Positions 1-7,777 of a stretch of DNA of 47,412 nt are shown here, piece by piece; positions within the stretch are counted from its first letter, which is position 1, and every line of letters begins with the position of its first letter. The notes under the pieces were generated by a model. That model ran no database searches and was not told the DNA's origin. It worked only from the letters and a program-made list of their open reading frames with translations. Origin of the DNA: Candidatus Roizmanbacteria bacterium RIFCSPHIGHO2_12_FULL_37_23. Its GTDB lineage: Bacteria; Patescibacteriota; Microgenomatia; UBA1406; HO2-37-13b. A program made the translations under genes and the position numbers. The stretch spans positions 1 to 47,412 of the forward strand of contig MFZX01000026.1 of NCBI GenBank assembly GCA_001788095.1, read 5' to 3'.

Positions 1-108
1 AGATATACGAAGTGGACCGACTGCAAAGGCAAATTCAGAAATCTTAACGGAAAAAGAGGAGTCGATATGACCAAAAAACACGGGATTGTCCTGCCAACCT
101 ATTTCTGA
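1..108 (+). CDS. 3' end of a CDS entering from the left edge (RYTKWTDCKGKFRNLNGKRGVDMTKKHGIVLPTYF*); function uncertain, possibly transposase-like
   Basis: Frame 1 is open from base 1 to TGA at 106-108 and converges on tRNA-Ser. The product guess is only a weak recollection of similar CPR ORF tails. Confidence 0.4.
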   Translation, partial: RYTKWTDCKGKFRNLNGKRGVDMTKKHGIVLPTYF

Positions 109-138
109 CTGCTAGGTGCCAGTTTGTGGACGCTTCTG

Positions 139-224
139 CGGAGAGGGTGGGATTCGAACCCACGGAGGCTATGCACCTCACCGGTTTTCAAGACCGGCGC
201 ACTAGTCCGCTATGCGACCTCTCC
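139..224 (-). tRNA. tRNA-Ser(TGA)
   Basis: Minus strand GGAGAGG...CCGGT-CTTGAAA-ACCGG, long variable arm, GTGGGTTCGAATCCCAC, CCTCTCC-G. No encoded CCA. Confidence 0.96.
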
Positions 225-269
225 AATCACTATATTTTAACTTATGCGCTCGATGATTCCAACCTCAAA

Positions 270-288
270 TCCCACTCCCGAGGTGGGA
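270..288. repeat. Short imperfect palindrome TCCCAC-TCCCGAG-GTGGGA (REP-like)
   Basis: 6-bp GC-rich stem in an AT-rich intergenic region. Confidence 0.45.
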
Positions 289-293
289 GGTAG

Positions 294-299
294 TATAAT
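294..299 (+). promoter_or_regulatory. -10 element (TATAAT) of a leaderless transcript
   Basis: TATAAT followed by 6 nt, then the ATG at 306. Confidence 0.7.
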
Positions 300-305
300 G
301 TTTAA

Positions 306-1361
306 ATGAAATTAACTGATTATTTTGACAAACATAAGGAAATAATTAGCAAGCATCTTACAACTTTTCTTGAAGAAAGAAGAAAAAATTCACCCGATAA
401 TGTTACTGATCATTATTATCGACTTTCGGATTTTACTATAAGAGGCAAAATGCTCAGAGGTATCTTCGTAATTCTGGCGTTTGAAGCTTACGGTGGAAAA
501 GTAAATGAGAATGTCCTTAATGCCGCTGCTGCTATGGAAATGGCCCAAGCTTCATTTCTTATCCATGATGATATTATGGATAGAGATCTGTTACGAAGAG
601 GTAGGGATACTATTTTTGCACAATACATAGAAGAAGGGAAAATACAAAAAGTTCGAAATCCAGAATTTTATGGTCAGTCTATGGGTATAGTTTCTGGCGA
701 TTTAACGATCTTGATGAGTTACGAATTGTTATCTCTAAGTTCAGGGGTAACAAAAATCTCCAACAACATAGTTACTCTTGCTGCCCGTGAAATGCAAAAT
801 GTAGCCTTAGGACAATTTATGGATTACGTATTTGGACAAACGCACAGTGAACCATCCGAGGATCAAATTTTAACAATGTATGAATATAAAACAGGCGGAT
901 ATACGTTTGCCCTTCCGTTTATTATCGGAGCTCTATTGGCCGGAGCTAACGATCGCGAAATCGCCCAATTGAACAAGATGGGAAGATATCTTGGTACTAT
1001 TTTTCAGATTAAAGATGACGAGATGGCGATTTTTGAAGATGAGGAAAAAATAGGAAAACCCGTGGGTTCAGACATCAGGGAGAATAAAAAAACCCTTATC
1101 CGTTGTTTGCTTTATAAAAAAGCCACCAACGAGGAAAGTAGATTTCTTGATTCATGTTTTGGTAATCAGAAAATTACACAGCAAAATATTAAAGAACTAC
1201 AAGATGTGATTATCAAATATCATATTCGAGATGAAATACATGAGCGGGTCGAAAATCTTTCTCAGAAGGCGCTTCAAATAATCCAAACATTCAATATCGT
1301 ACCAGAATACAACTTATTGTTTAAAGAGCTTGAGCATTATAATAAAACAAGATCCACATAA
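306..1361 (+). CDS. Polyprenyl synthetase (GGPP/FPP synthase family, trans-prenyltransferase)
   Basis: GKMLRG, FARM LIHDDIMD..RRG, GQFMD, YKTGGY and second Asp-rich motif FQIKDD. Confidence 0.93.
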   Translation: MKLTDYFDKHKEIISKHLTTFLEERRKNSPDNVTDHYYRLSDFTIRGKMLRGIFVILAFEAYGGKVNENVLNAAAAMEMAQASFLIHDDIMDRDLLRRGRDTIFAQYIEEGKIQKVRNPEFYGQSMGIVSGDLTILMSYELLSLSSGVTKISNNIVTLAAREMQNVALGQFMDYVFGQTHSEPSEDQILTMYEYKTGGYTFALPFIIGALLAGANDREIAQLNKMGRYLGTIFQIKDDEMAIFEDEEKIGKPVGSDIRENKKTLIRCLLYKKATNEESRFLDSCFGNQKITQQNIKELQDVIIKYHIRDEIHERVENLSQKALQIIQTFNIVPEYNLLFKELEHYNKTRST

Positions 1362-1383
1362 TTTACTGCAGTCAATTAATTAA

Positions 1384-2214
1384 TTGTATCTCATGACATT
1401 TTCAGGCCATCGATTAGTTCAATTTCAGAAGAAAGTATATGATTATTATTCCCTTCATAGACGGAAAATGCCATGGAGGGAGATTTTATCACCTTACAGT
1501 ATATTCATCTCAGAGGTTATGCTCCAACAGACGCAGGTTGAAAGAGTAATAAGTAAATACAAAGTTTTTTTACATGTTTTTCCTTCGTTTAAAAGCCTTG
1601 CTGCAGCACCTCTGCGGGATATTTTATCACTTTGGAGTGGTCTTGGTTACAACAGACGAGCAGTATGGTTACATAGATCTGCAAAAATTATCGTAAATAA
1701 ATATCAAGGTAAACTACCTGCTGATCAAGCGACACTACAAATGCTTCCTGGAATTGGTCCTCATACTGCAGGCTCTATTATTGCTTTTGCATATAATAAA
1801 CCAGTAGTATTTATTGAAACTAATATACGATCTGCTCTTTTGCATGACTTTTATAAAAATAAAGATAATGTACACGACAAAGAACTTATGTCGCTTATTG
1901 AGATAACCTTAGATAAAGACAATCCTCGTACATGGTATTGGGCGCTCATGGATTATGGGTCATATATAAAAAAGAAATTCAGTAATCCCTCTCGTAGAAG
2001 CAAACATCATATACAACAAAAAGCATTCCATGGCTCTAATAGACAACTTAGGGGAAGAATTTTAAAGAACCTGTTACAAAAGGTTAAATTAACAAAAGAT
2101 GATCTTATTGTGCTTTGCGACGTTCATCCGTCAAAATTACAAAATAACCTAAAGGATCTTCAACGTGAGGGATTAATATCAAGAGATGGAGACACGTATT
2201 CGATTCCTCAATAA
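1384..2214 (+). CDS. mutY: A/G-specific adenine glycosylase MutY-like (HhH-GPD), lacking Fe-S cysteines
   Basis: SEVMLQQTQV, WSGLGYNRRA, HhH LPGIGPHTAG and ALMDYG; C-terminal FHGSNRQLRG segment. The true start may be the ATG at 1393. Confidence 0.88.
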   Translation: MYLMTFSGHRLVQFQKKVYDYYSLHRRKMPWREILSPYSIFISEVMLQQTQVERVISKYKVFLHVFPSFKSLAAAPLRDILSLWSGLGYNRRAVWLHRSAKIIVNKYQGKLPADQATLQMLPGIGPHTAGSIIAFAYNKPVVFIETNIRSALLHDFYKNKDNVHDKELMSLIEITLDKDNPRTWYWALMDYGSYIKKKFSNPSRRSKHHIQQKAFHGSNRQLRGRILKNLLQKVKLTKDDLIVLCDVHPSKLQNNLKDLQREGLISRDGDTYSIPQ

Positions 2215-2537
2215 AATAGTTTAAGTTCTTTTCCAATCCTATATATCTGGATGAATCCAAGTATAAGCAGAACTGATCCAAAAATATTTGTGCCTATAAA
2301 AAAGATTCGGAGGTCTTCTACAGGAATTACAGTAGATTGTTTAAGCTCAATTATCAAAAGTATAATAAGGAGCAATATGTGAAATATTGCTCCAGCAGCA
2401 ACTTTTTTTAATCCTTGACCTAATTTTCCACCAACCGATTTTGAGGATAAAATCGCATAAACTACTGCAAGAAATCCAGTTGCAAATACAATTGAGAGGA
2501 AAATTTTCAGCAAAAAAGGATACGCAAATGCTGACAT
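2208..2537 (-). CDS. Small membrane protein (3 predicted TM helices), unknown function
   Basis: Three hydrophobic segments; TAGTAT lies 6 nt before the ATG. Confidence 0.7.
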   Translation of the reverse strand: MSAFAYPFLLKIFLSIVFATGFLAVVYAILSSKSVGGKLGQGLKKVAAGAIFHILLLIILLIIELKQSTVIPVEDLRIFFIGTNIFGSVLLILGFIQIYRIGKELKLFY

Positions 2538-2568
2538 ATAAAAATACTATGTTAAATTTGGAAAAATG

Positions 2569-3786
2569 TCAAGAATCTAACTTTATTGTTGGGAAAAGAA
2601 ATTTTTTGCGCCTCATATCTCTACGCTTATCGAATAAACTTATCCCAAACTTAATCTTATTTTCTTCAAAAAGTGGATATAGATGCTTTAACTTCTCCTC
2701 GATATCTGCAGTTGCGTGAAACAACATAGGTTGAGATTCTGTTGTTTTTTCTAAATCGTACAACGTGCATCCCGAAGCTCTATACAGAGTATGTTGATGA
2801 TATATTTTATCGAATCCTTTTCTAACGTCCTTTCGTATTAGAAACGGATACTGAGTCTTTTCAGGTAATCTGATTTCCGTTGCATAATATCTAAATTGTT
2901 GTGTTTTAAGAAATATTGACATGCGCCCAACTTGATAATCATATCTTCGAGCTTTTGTAAAAGCATCTTCTATGTATTCCATGAGGCGTACAAAGAGGAT
3001 ATTTTTATCCATCGTTGCAGGAGTGACTGTATGTGTTTTAGATATAGATTGATATGTGATTTTTTTTGCAGTATTGAGTTGATATATCTGATTACCTTGA
3101 AGCTCGTGCCATATTTCTACAATCGGCTTATTAAATAGTTTTGTAATGATTTTTTCCTGTTCGTGTACAAAATCATATGCACTTTCTAATCCAAGAGTTT
3201 TCATCTTCGGAGCTGTTCTCCATCCGATGCCCCAAACATTCTCTATTTTAGTATTCTTAAGAAAGATATCTTTATTTATGTCATTTATTGTGATGCATCC
3301 CGAGGGTTTTTGATAGGACGAACCTATTTTTGCCAGCGATTTCGTTGGAGCAATTCCTACAGATACGGAGATTCCCAGAGATATTTCAATTGTTTTTTTT
3401 ATATGTTTTCCAATCGAACTGTAATCCATACACATAGTATTTTTAAGATCAGTAATATCTGCGAATGCTTCATCAATGGAATATCTTTCAACGTAAGGTG
3501 TGTAGGAGCGAATAATGTCCATCATTTTTTGGGAAAACATTTCGTATAATCGATAATCTGAAGATGCAATAATACATTGCGGACAGAGCTTTTTGATTTC
3601 GTGCATCAGCATGCCACGTTTTACTCCGTATGCCTTTGCTTCATATGAAATAGCTGTTGCGATACCTCGTTCTCTCCCAATAACTAAAGGTTTTCCCTTG
3701 GTAGAAGGATGTATTGCTTGATAGACCGAAGCAAAAAATGCATCACCGTCAATATGCATAAGAGCGCGTGACCAGTCAGTAGTCAT
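2569..3786 (-). CDS. dinB: DNA polymerase IV (Y-family)
   Basis: HIDGDAFFAS, SYEAKAYGVKRGM, YSIDEAF, LAKIGS, KPSG and HhH VWGIG motifs. Confidence 0.95.
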   Translation of the reverse strand: MTTDWSRALMHIDGDAFFASVYQAIHPSTKGKPLVIGRERGIATAISYEAKAYGVKRGMLMHEIKKLCPQCIIASSDYRLYEMFSQKMMDIIRSYTPYVERYSIDEAFADITDLKNTMCMDYSSIGKHIKKTIEISLGISVSVGIAPTKSLAKIGSSYQKPSGCITINDINKDIFLKNTKIENVWGIGWRTAPKMKTLGLESAYDFVHEQEKIITKLFNKPIVEIWHELQGNQIYQLNTAKKITYQSISKTHTVTPATMDKNILFVRLMEYIEDAFTKARRYDYQVGRMSIFLKTQQFRYYATEIRLPEKTQYPFLIRKDVRKGFDKIYHQHTLYRASGCTLYDLEKTTESQPMLFHATADIEEKLKHLYPLFEENKIKFGISLFDKRRDMRRKKFLFPTIKLDS

Positions 3787-3795
3787 AACTTAATC

Positions 3796-3824
3796 ATTCT
3801 AGTAAACGTTTGTTCACTTTTCAA
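3796..3824 (-). promoter_or_regulatory. dinB sigma70 promoter (TTGAAA-17-TAGAAT) with a palindromic operator GTGAAC-N4-GTTTAC in the spacer (LexA/SOS-box-like)
   Basis: Minus strand reads TTGAAA agtgaacaaacgtttac TAGAAT gattaagtt ATG. The operator core is one mismatch from GAAC-N4-GTTC. Confidence 0.75.
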
Positions 3825-3840
3825 GGAGTTTGTTATACCC

Positions 3841-3873
3841 CTTCGCCCCGATTAAATCGGGGCTACGGTAGGC
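3841..3873. repeat. Palindromic element with core hairpin GCCCCGATT-A-AATCGGGGC
   Basis: Perfect 9-bp arms at 3845-3863; a related hairpin occurs at 4411-4428. Confidence 0.65.
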
Positions 3874-3929
3874 ATATACCAATGGGCCCTTGGCGAAGCA
3901 AAGCAGAGTGGTATATAATAAGCAAGATA

Positions 3930-4409
3930 ATGATGAAACATGAAACAGCGGCAGGAGGAATCGTCTATAGAATTCTCCAATCTCACCGCCAGCCGGCGGT
4001 TCAAATTCTCAAATCAGTCCGGTGGCTGATTTGTCAGCATTCCCAACATAAGGGTTGGGTTTTCCCAAAGGGACTAGTCGGAGATACTCAAGAAGGAGAA
4101 TCATACGAAGAAGCTGCGTTAAGAGAGGTAGAAGAAGAAGGTGGAGTGAAAGCTGGCATTGTACAAAAAATACCTGGAGTTTTTGATTATATATATACGT
4201 TTAAAAGTGAGAGAATAAAAAAAACAGTCCACTATTTTTTAATGGAATATCTCTCAGGAGATCCGAAAGATCATGATTGGGAGATGCAGGATGCCAAGTT
4301 TATAACTGAAGAAGAAATCCGAAAATTATTAACATATCCATCAGAAAGAAAAGCATTTGATAGAGCGGTAAAGTTGTATGAGAATAGAGATTTAGGAATG
4401 TCATCCTGA
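3930..4409 (+). CDS. NUDIX hydrolase (Ap4A hydrolase-like)
   Basis: AAGGIVY, WVFPKG and Nudix box GESYEEAALREVEEEGG. Start reassigned from 3810 to the ATG at 3930/3933, downstream of TATAAT. Confidence 0.9.
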   Translation: MMKHETAAGGIVYRILQSHRQPAVQILKSVRWLICQHSQHKGWVFPKGLVGDTQEGESYEEAALREVEEEGGVKAGIVQKIPGVFDYIYTFKSERIKKTVHYFLMEYLSGDPKDHDWEMQDAKFITEEEIRKLLTYPSERKAFDRAVKLYENRDLGMSS

Positions 4410-4476
4410 ACCCTGATATTTATCGGGGCAGGTTTAATTTTGAAGCTCGAGATTCCGAATCAAGTTCGGAATGACA
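4399..4476. repeat. RPE-like palindromic element TGTCATCCTGAAC...GAGATTCCGAATCAAGTTCGGAATGACA with a nested second hairpin
   Basis: Terminal inverted repeat TGTCAT/ATGACA; the last 28 nt match 24/28 to the copy at 15796-15854. Confidence 0.75.
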
Positions 4477-4487
4477 CTCAACAAAGC

Positions 4488-4525
4488 ATTCTCCAATCTC
4501 AAATATCAAATCTCAAATTCTAAAC
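4488..4525 (+). repeat. Degenerate short tandem repeat (TCTCAAAT-like units)
   Basis: ATTCTCCAATCTCAAATATCAAATCTCAAATTCTAAAC; the 14-mer ATTCTCCAATCTCA recurs at 3972-3985. Confidence 0.6.
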
Positions 4526-5770
4526 ATGAATTTCGCAATTATCGGTACACAATGGGGAGATGAGGGAAAAGGAAAAATAGTTGACTACCTTTCTGAAAAA
4601 TTTGATTATATTGTCCGCTATCAAGGTGGTAATAATGCCGGACACACCGTTGTGTTGGGAGATCAGAAGTTTCCTCTTCATCATATACCAACAGGCATTC
4701 TTCATAAAAATAAAATTTGTTGTATTGGTTGTGGGGTGATTTTAAATCCAAAAGTTTTCCTAGAGGAATTACAAAGTCTTGATAAACGCGTGGGAAATAA
4801 TACCGCGCGATTGATTATAGATCCAAAAGCCCATCTTATCATGCCTTGGCACATTTTGAGAGATTCTTTAACTGGAGGGAAGATAGGAACAACAGGTCGT
4901 GGTATTGGTCCATGCTATGAAGATGCCATAGGGAGAAGAGGAATTCGGATTGGTGACTTTGTGTATAACAGGAATATTAAGAAACAGATACAAAGTACCA
5001 TAGGATATTATGCTGACTTAGCAAAGAAGCTCAACGCACAGACAATATATAAAGATTATTCAACAACTATTAAAGCAATTCTTAAGCGTCCGAGAGTTTC
5101 ACTTGGTGACGTTGGAGTTCTTTTGGATGAGAAACAAAAGAATCGGAATATTCTTTTTGAAGGCGCACAAGCAACACTTCTTGATATCTATTTTGGCACT
5201 TACCCTTTTGTTACCAGCTCTCATCCAACACTTGGTGGGATTTACATAGGTACCGGTTTTGCTCCACAAAATATTAAAACTGTAGGTGTTGTTAAAGCAT
5301 ATACAACTAGGGTTGGCGAAGGTCCTTTCCCAACAGAACTACATGATAAAGTCGGAAAACATCTCGCAGAAAAAGGCCATGAATTTGGCACTACAACTGG
5401 TCGGCCAAGACGTTGTGGCTGGTTGGATCTCACCATAATTCGTTATGCCAAGCGCATAAGTGGCCTTAGTGGCATTGCTCTAACAAAACTTGATATTCTC
5501 ACAGGATTAACTACTCTAAAAGTTGCAGTAGGTTATAAGCTTAAGGGTAAAGTCATTAAGGATTTTCCAGTGTTTGTCTATGATCTTGAACGCGTACAAT
5601 CAATCTATCATGAAATGGAAGGATGGAACGATGATATAACAGGTATAAAATCCTTTAATAATCTTCCAAAACAAGCAAAAAATTATGTGAAATTTATTGA
5701 AAAAGAAACGGGACTTCCTGTTAAATATATTGGAGTTGGTCCTGAGAGAAGTCAGTTAATTATCAGATAA
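4526..5770 (+). CDS. purA: Adenylosuccinate synthetase
   Basis: GTQWGDEGKGK, GGNNAGHT, IGTTGRGIGP, EGAQATLLD, EFGTTTGRPRRCGWLD and TKLD motifs. Confidence 0.97.
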   Translation: MNFAIIGTQWGDEGKGKIVDYLSEKFDYIVRYQGGNNAGHTVVLGDQKFPLHHIPTGILHKNKICCIGCGVILNPKVFLEELQSLDKRVGNNTARLIIDPKAHLIMPWHILRDSLTGGKIGTTGRGIGPCYEDAIGRRGIRIGDFVYNRNIKKQIQSTIGYYADLAKKLNAQTIYKDYSTTIKAILKRPRVSLGDVGVLLDEKQKNRNILFEGAQATLLDIYFGTYPFVTSSHPTLGGIYIGTGFAPQNIKTVGVVKAYTTRVGEGPFPTELHDKVGKHLAEKGHEFGTTTGRPRRCGWLDLTIIRYAKRISGLSGIALTKLDILTGLTTLKVAVGYKLKGKVIKDFPVFVYDLERVQSIYHEMEGWNDDITGIKSFNNLPKQAKNYVKFIEKETGLPVKYIGVGPERSQLIIR

Positions 5771-6118
5771 TATTTTTTTTGCTGCCTCAACATCTCGTTG
5801 AATTTCTTCTTTAAGTTCTTCCATTGAGCCAAAGTTCTTTATACCTCGGACGTATCCAGCGAGAGAGAATTCAATTTCTTCTCCATAAATAGTGCTATTG
5901 AAATCGAGAATGTATATTTCAAGAACATTATTAGTTTCGTCCTTAACTAACCGTGGTCCAAAGTAAAGAACACCTTTATATTGTTGGTTATAAATCTCTA
6001 ATCGTACAGCATAAATTCCTTCTTGGGTGCCTTGAGGAATAACAGACGGATCGAGATTAACTGTCGGGAAGCCAATAGTTCGCCCGCTTTGTTCGCCTTG
6101 TAGTACAGTCCCTCTCAT
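5756..6118 (-). CDS. Stand-alone riboflavin kinase (C-terminal RibF-like domain)
   Basis: GRTIGFPTVNL, GIYAV, LEIYILDF...IYGE, R...F.S.EEL...I..D. Confidence 0.9.
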   Translation of the reverse strand: MRGTVLQGEQSGRTIGFPTVNLDPSVIPQGTQEGIYAVRLEIYNQQYKGVLYFGPRLVKDETNNVLEIYILDFNSTIYGEEIEFSLAGYVRGIKNFGSMEELKEEIQRDVEAAKKILSDN

Positions 6119-7014
6119 TTTTTGAATTGGGAGACTTTGTAGATAGAAACTGCTAAGATAGCTACTCCCACTATCTGTGTGGGCGATAAAGAGTTATGGA
6201 AATAAAAGTAGTCGATAAAAATCGCTGATGCTGGCCATGTTAATTCCGCAATAGAACTTACGCGTGCAGGAGTTTTTCTAAGGCCGTAATAATATATGAG
6301 TAAAGCCACCATTCCTGTAGAGAAAACAATTATTATTAGTCGTATCCACTGACTTTGATCCAGAGCAAGCAGAGAAGCTTGATTTCCAAAACCAAATACA
6401 AAGAGAATTGCAAAGAGGGGGGTGATAAGAAATCGAAGGAGTGTAGTTAATTGATAAGAGACTTTGTGCAAAACGATTTTAGAAAACGATGTGGAAACTG
6501 CCCAGACAAAACCGGCTCCTAATGCCAGTAATGCAGCAATAAGTGTTTGGTTTCCGGATGCAAGATTTATAGTGAGATCTTTAAAAGAAATAAGATATGT
6601 TGAGAGTATCCCAAGTGCTGCCCAATATATGAATTTTTTAGTAAGCTTTTCTTTTAGAATAATCGCTGCTGCCGAAATCGCCCAGATAGGCTGTAGCTGT
6701 TGAAGTAGGACTACGACTGAGAATTGAATATATTGAACTTTTCCTAAAGCGGCGGTGTACATTACTGTTCCAAGAACACCGGAGAACAAACTGATGATCC
6801 CTAAAGCAATCCATTCTTTTCGAGTTAATTGTGATATCTCTTTTCTCTTAATGAAAATGAAAGGAATTAACACAAGAGCACCAAGTAAGTGTTCCCAGAA
6901 GACGATTACTGTGGGGGGCAATGAAAATAAACTGGTTCGGATTATTCCATCAAGGCTCCAGAGAAGAGCGGCGATCATGATGAAAAGAGGGCCAATGGAG
7001 AGAATTTTCTTCAT
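6115..7014 (-). CDS. DMT/EamA family transporter
   Basis: About 10 TM helices in two EamA repeats (LQPIW...ILKEKL). Start set to the ATG at 7014. Confidence 0.9.
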   Translation of the reverse strand: MKKILSIGPLFIMIAALLWSLDGIIRTSLFSLPPTVIVFWEHLLGALVLIPFIFIKRKEISQLTRKEWIALGIISLFSGVLGTVMYTAALGKVQYIQFSVVVLLQQLQPIWAISAAAIILKEKLTKKFIYWAALGILSTYLISFKDLTINLASGNQTLIAALLALGAGFVWAVSTSFSKIVLHKVSYQLTTLLRFLITPLFAILFVFGFGNQASLLALDQSQWIRLIIIVFSTGMVALLIYYYGLRKTPARVSSIAELTWPASAIFIDYFYFHNSLSPTQIVGVAILAVSIYKVSQFKK

Positions 7015-7018
7015 ATTA

Positions 7019-7321
7019 TTATTCTGTAAGTATACACAAAGATTTAGAAAGGTCAACTTTATTTCCTATAAATAATACTCCTTCCTTTCTGAGTTTTTGA
7101 ATCTGAGCATTTTTTCCACCAAATGCGTATCCATGGGCAATATTGCCATCAGACCGGATCACGCGATGGCAGGGAAAAGCTTGCGGATCTATATTTCCAT
7201 GCAAAATTTGTCCTACCAGTCTTGGATTTTTCACCCCTGAGACTTGAGCTAACATTTTGTACGTTGTAATTTTTCCTCGAGGAATTTTTTTAAGCAAAGT
7301 GAGAACTTTTTTGTTATCCAT
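7019..7321 (-). CDS. MGMT-family methylated-DNA--protein-cysteine methyltransferase (single domain)
   Basis: IPRGKITTY, PRLVG, active-site PCHRVI, and L..EGV. Confidence 0.9.
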   Translation of the reverse strand: MDNKKVLTLLKKIPRGKITTYKMLAQVSGVKNPRLVGQILHGNIDPQAFPCHRVIRSDGNIAHGYAFGGKNAQIQKLRKEGVLFIGNKVDLSKSLCILTE

Positions 7322-7745
7322 GAAGTGAATTGAAATACATTTCTAAAACATTATAAATGTTTGTTTTTATTTTGAGTGTTTTTTTGTAACTATTTAGATC
7401 AACCCATTCATATCCATCGTGTTCTCTTTTATCTAGTTTAATATTCCCTGAGAGATAAAAACATTCATATACCACGCTAAAAATTTTCTTTCCAGCATTA
7501 TAGTGTTTTATTTTAGGATATTCAAAATAGGTTGTTGTGAAGGGTTTTTCAACTCTCACTTTGAGTTTGGTTTCTTCATCTATTTCTCTTAAAAAGGCTT
7601 TTTTGAAATCGGTTTCTCCTTCTTGAATTTTACCTCCAGGAAGGTCGTAGAGATTTATAAAGGAGTCGTAGAGGATAAGAACTTCACCGTTTTTGTTGAT
7701 TAAGGCTTTTTGCCCGACGTAAAAAAGTTGGTCATTTACAGACAT
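7314..7745 (-). CDS. NUDIX hydrolase
   Basis: LPGGKIQEGE...AFLREIDEET Nudix box; extended -10 TGCTATACT lies 6 nt before the ATG. Confidence 0.9.
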   Translation of the reverse strand: MSVNDQLFYVGQKALINKNGEVLILYDSFINLYDLPGGKIQEGETDFKKAFLREIDEETKLKVRVEKPFTTTYFEYPKIKHYNAGKKIFSVVYECFYLSGNIKLDKREHDGYEWVDLNSYKKTLKIKTNIYNVLEMYFNSLHG

Positions 7746-7777
7746 GGGACTAGTATAGCACAGAAAATTCGAGGGGA

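Noticed and set aside
2387-2719. 110-aa plus-strand ORF and other short nested ORFs in the track
   Set aside because: They overlap better-supported genes on the opposite strand or in another frame and have no recognisable features.
3810-3929. 40-aa N-terminal extension of the NUDIX ORF from a TTG start
   Set aside because: It runs through the dinB promoter and palindromic repeats. The NUDIX fold begins at MKHETAAGG, just downstream of a TATAAT.
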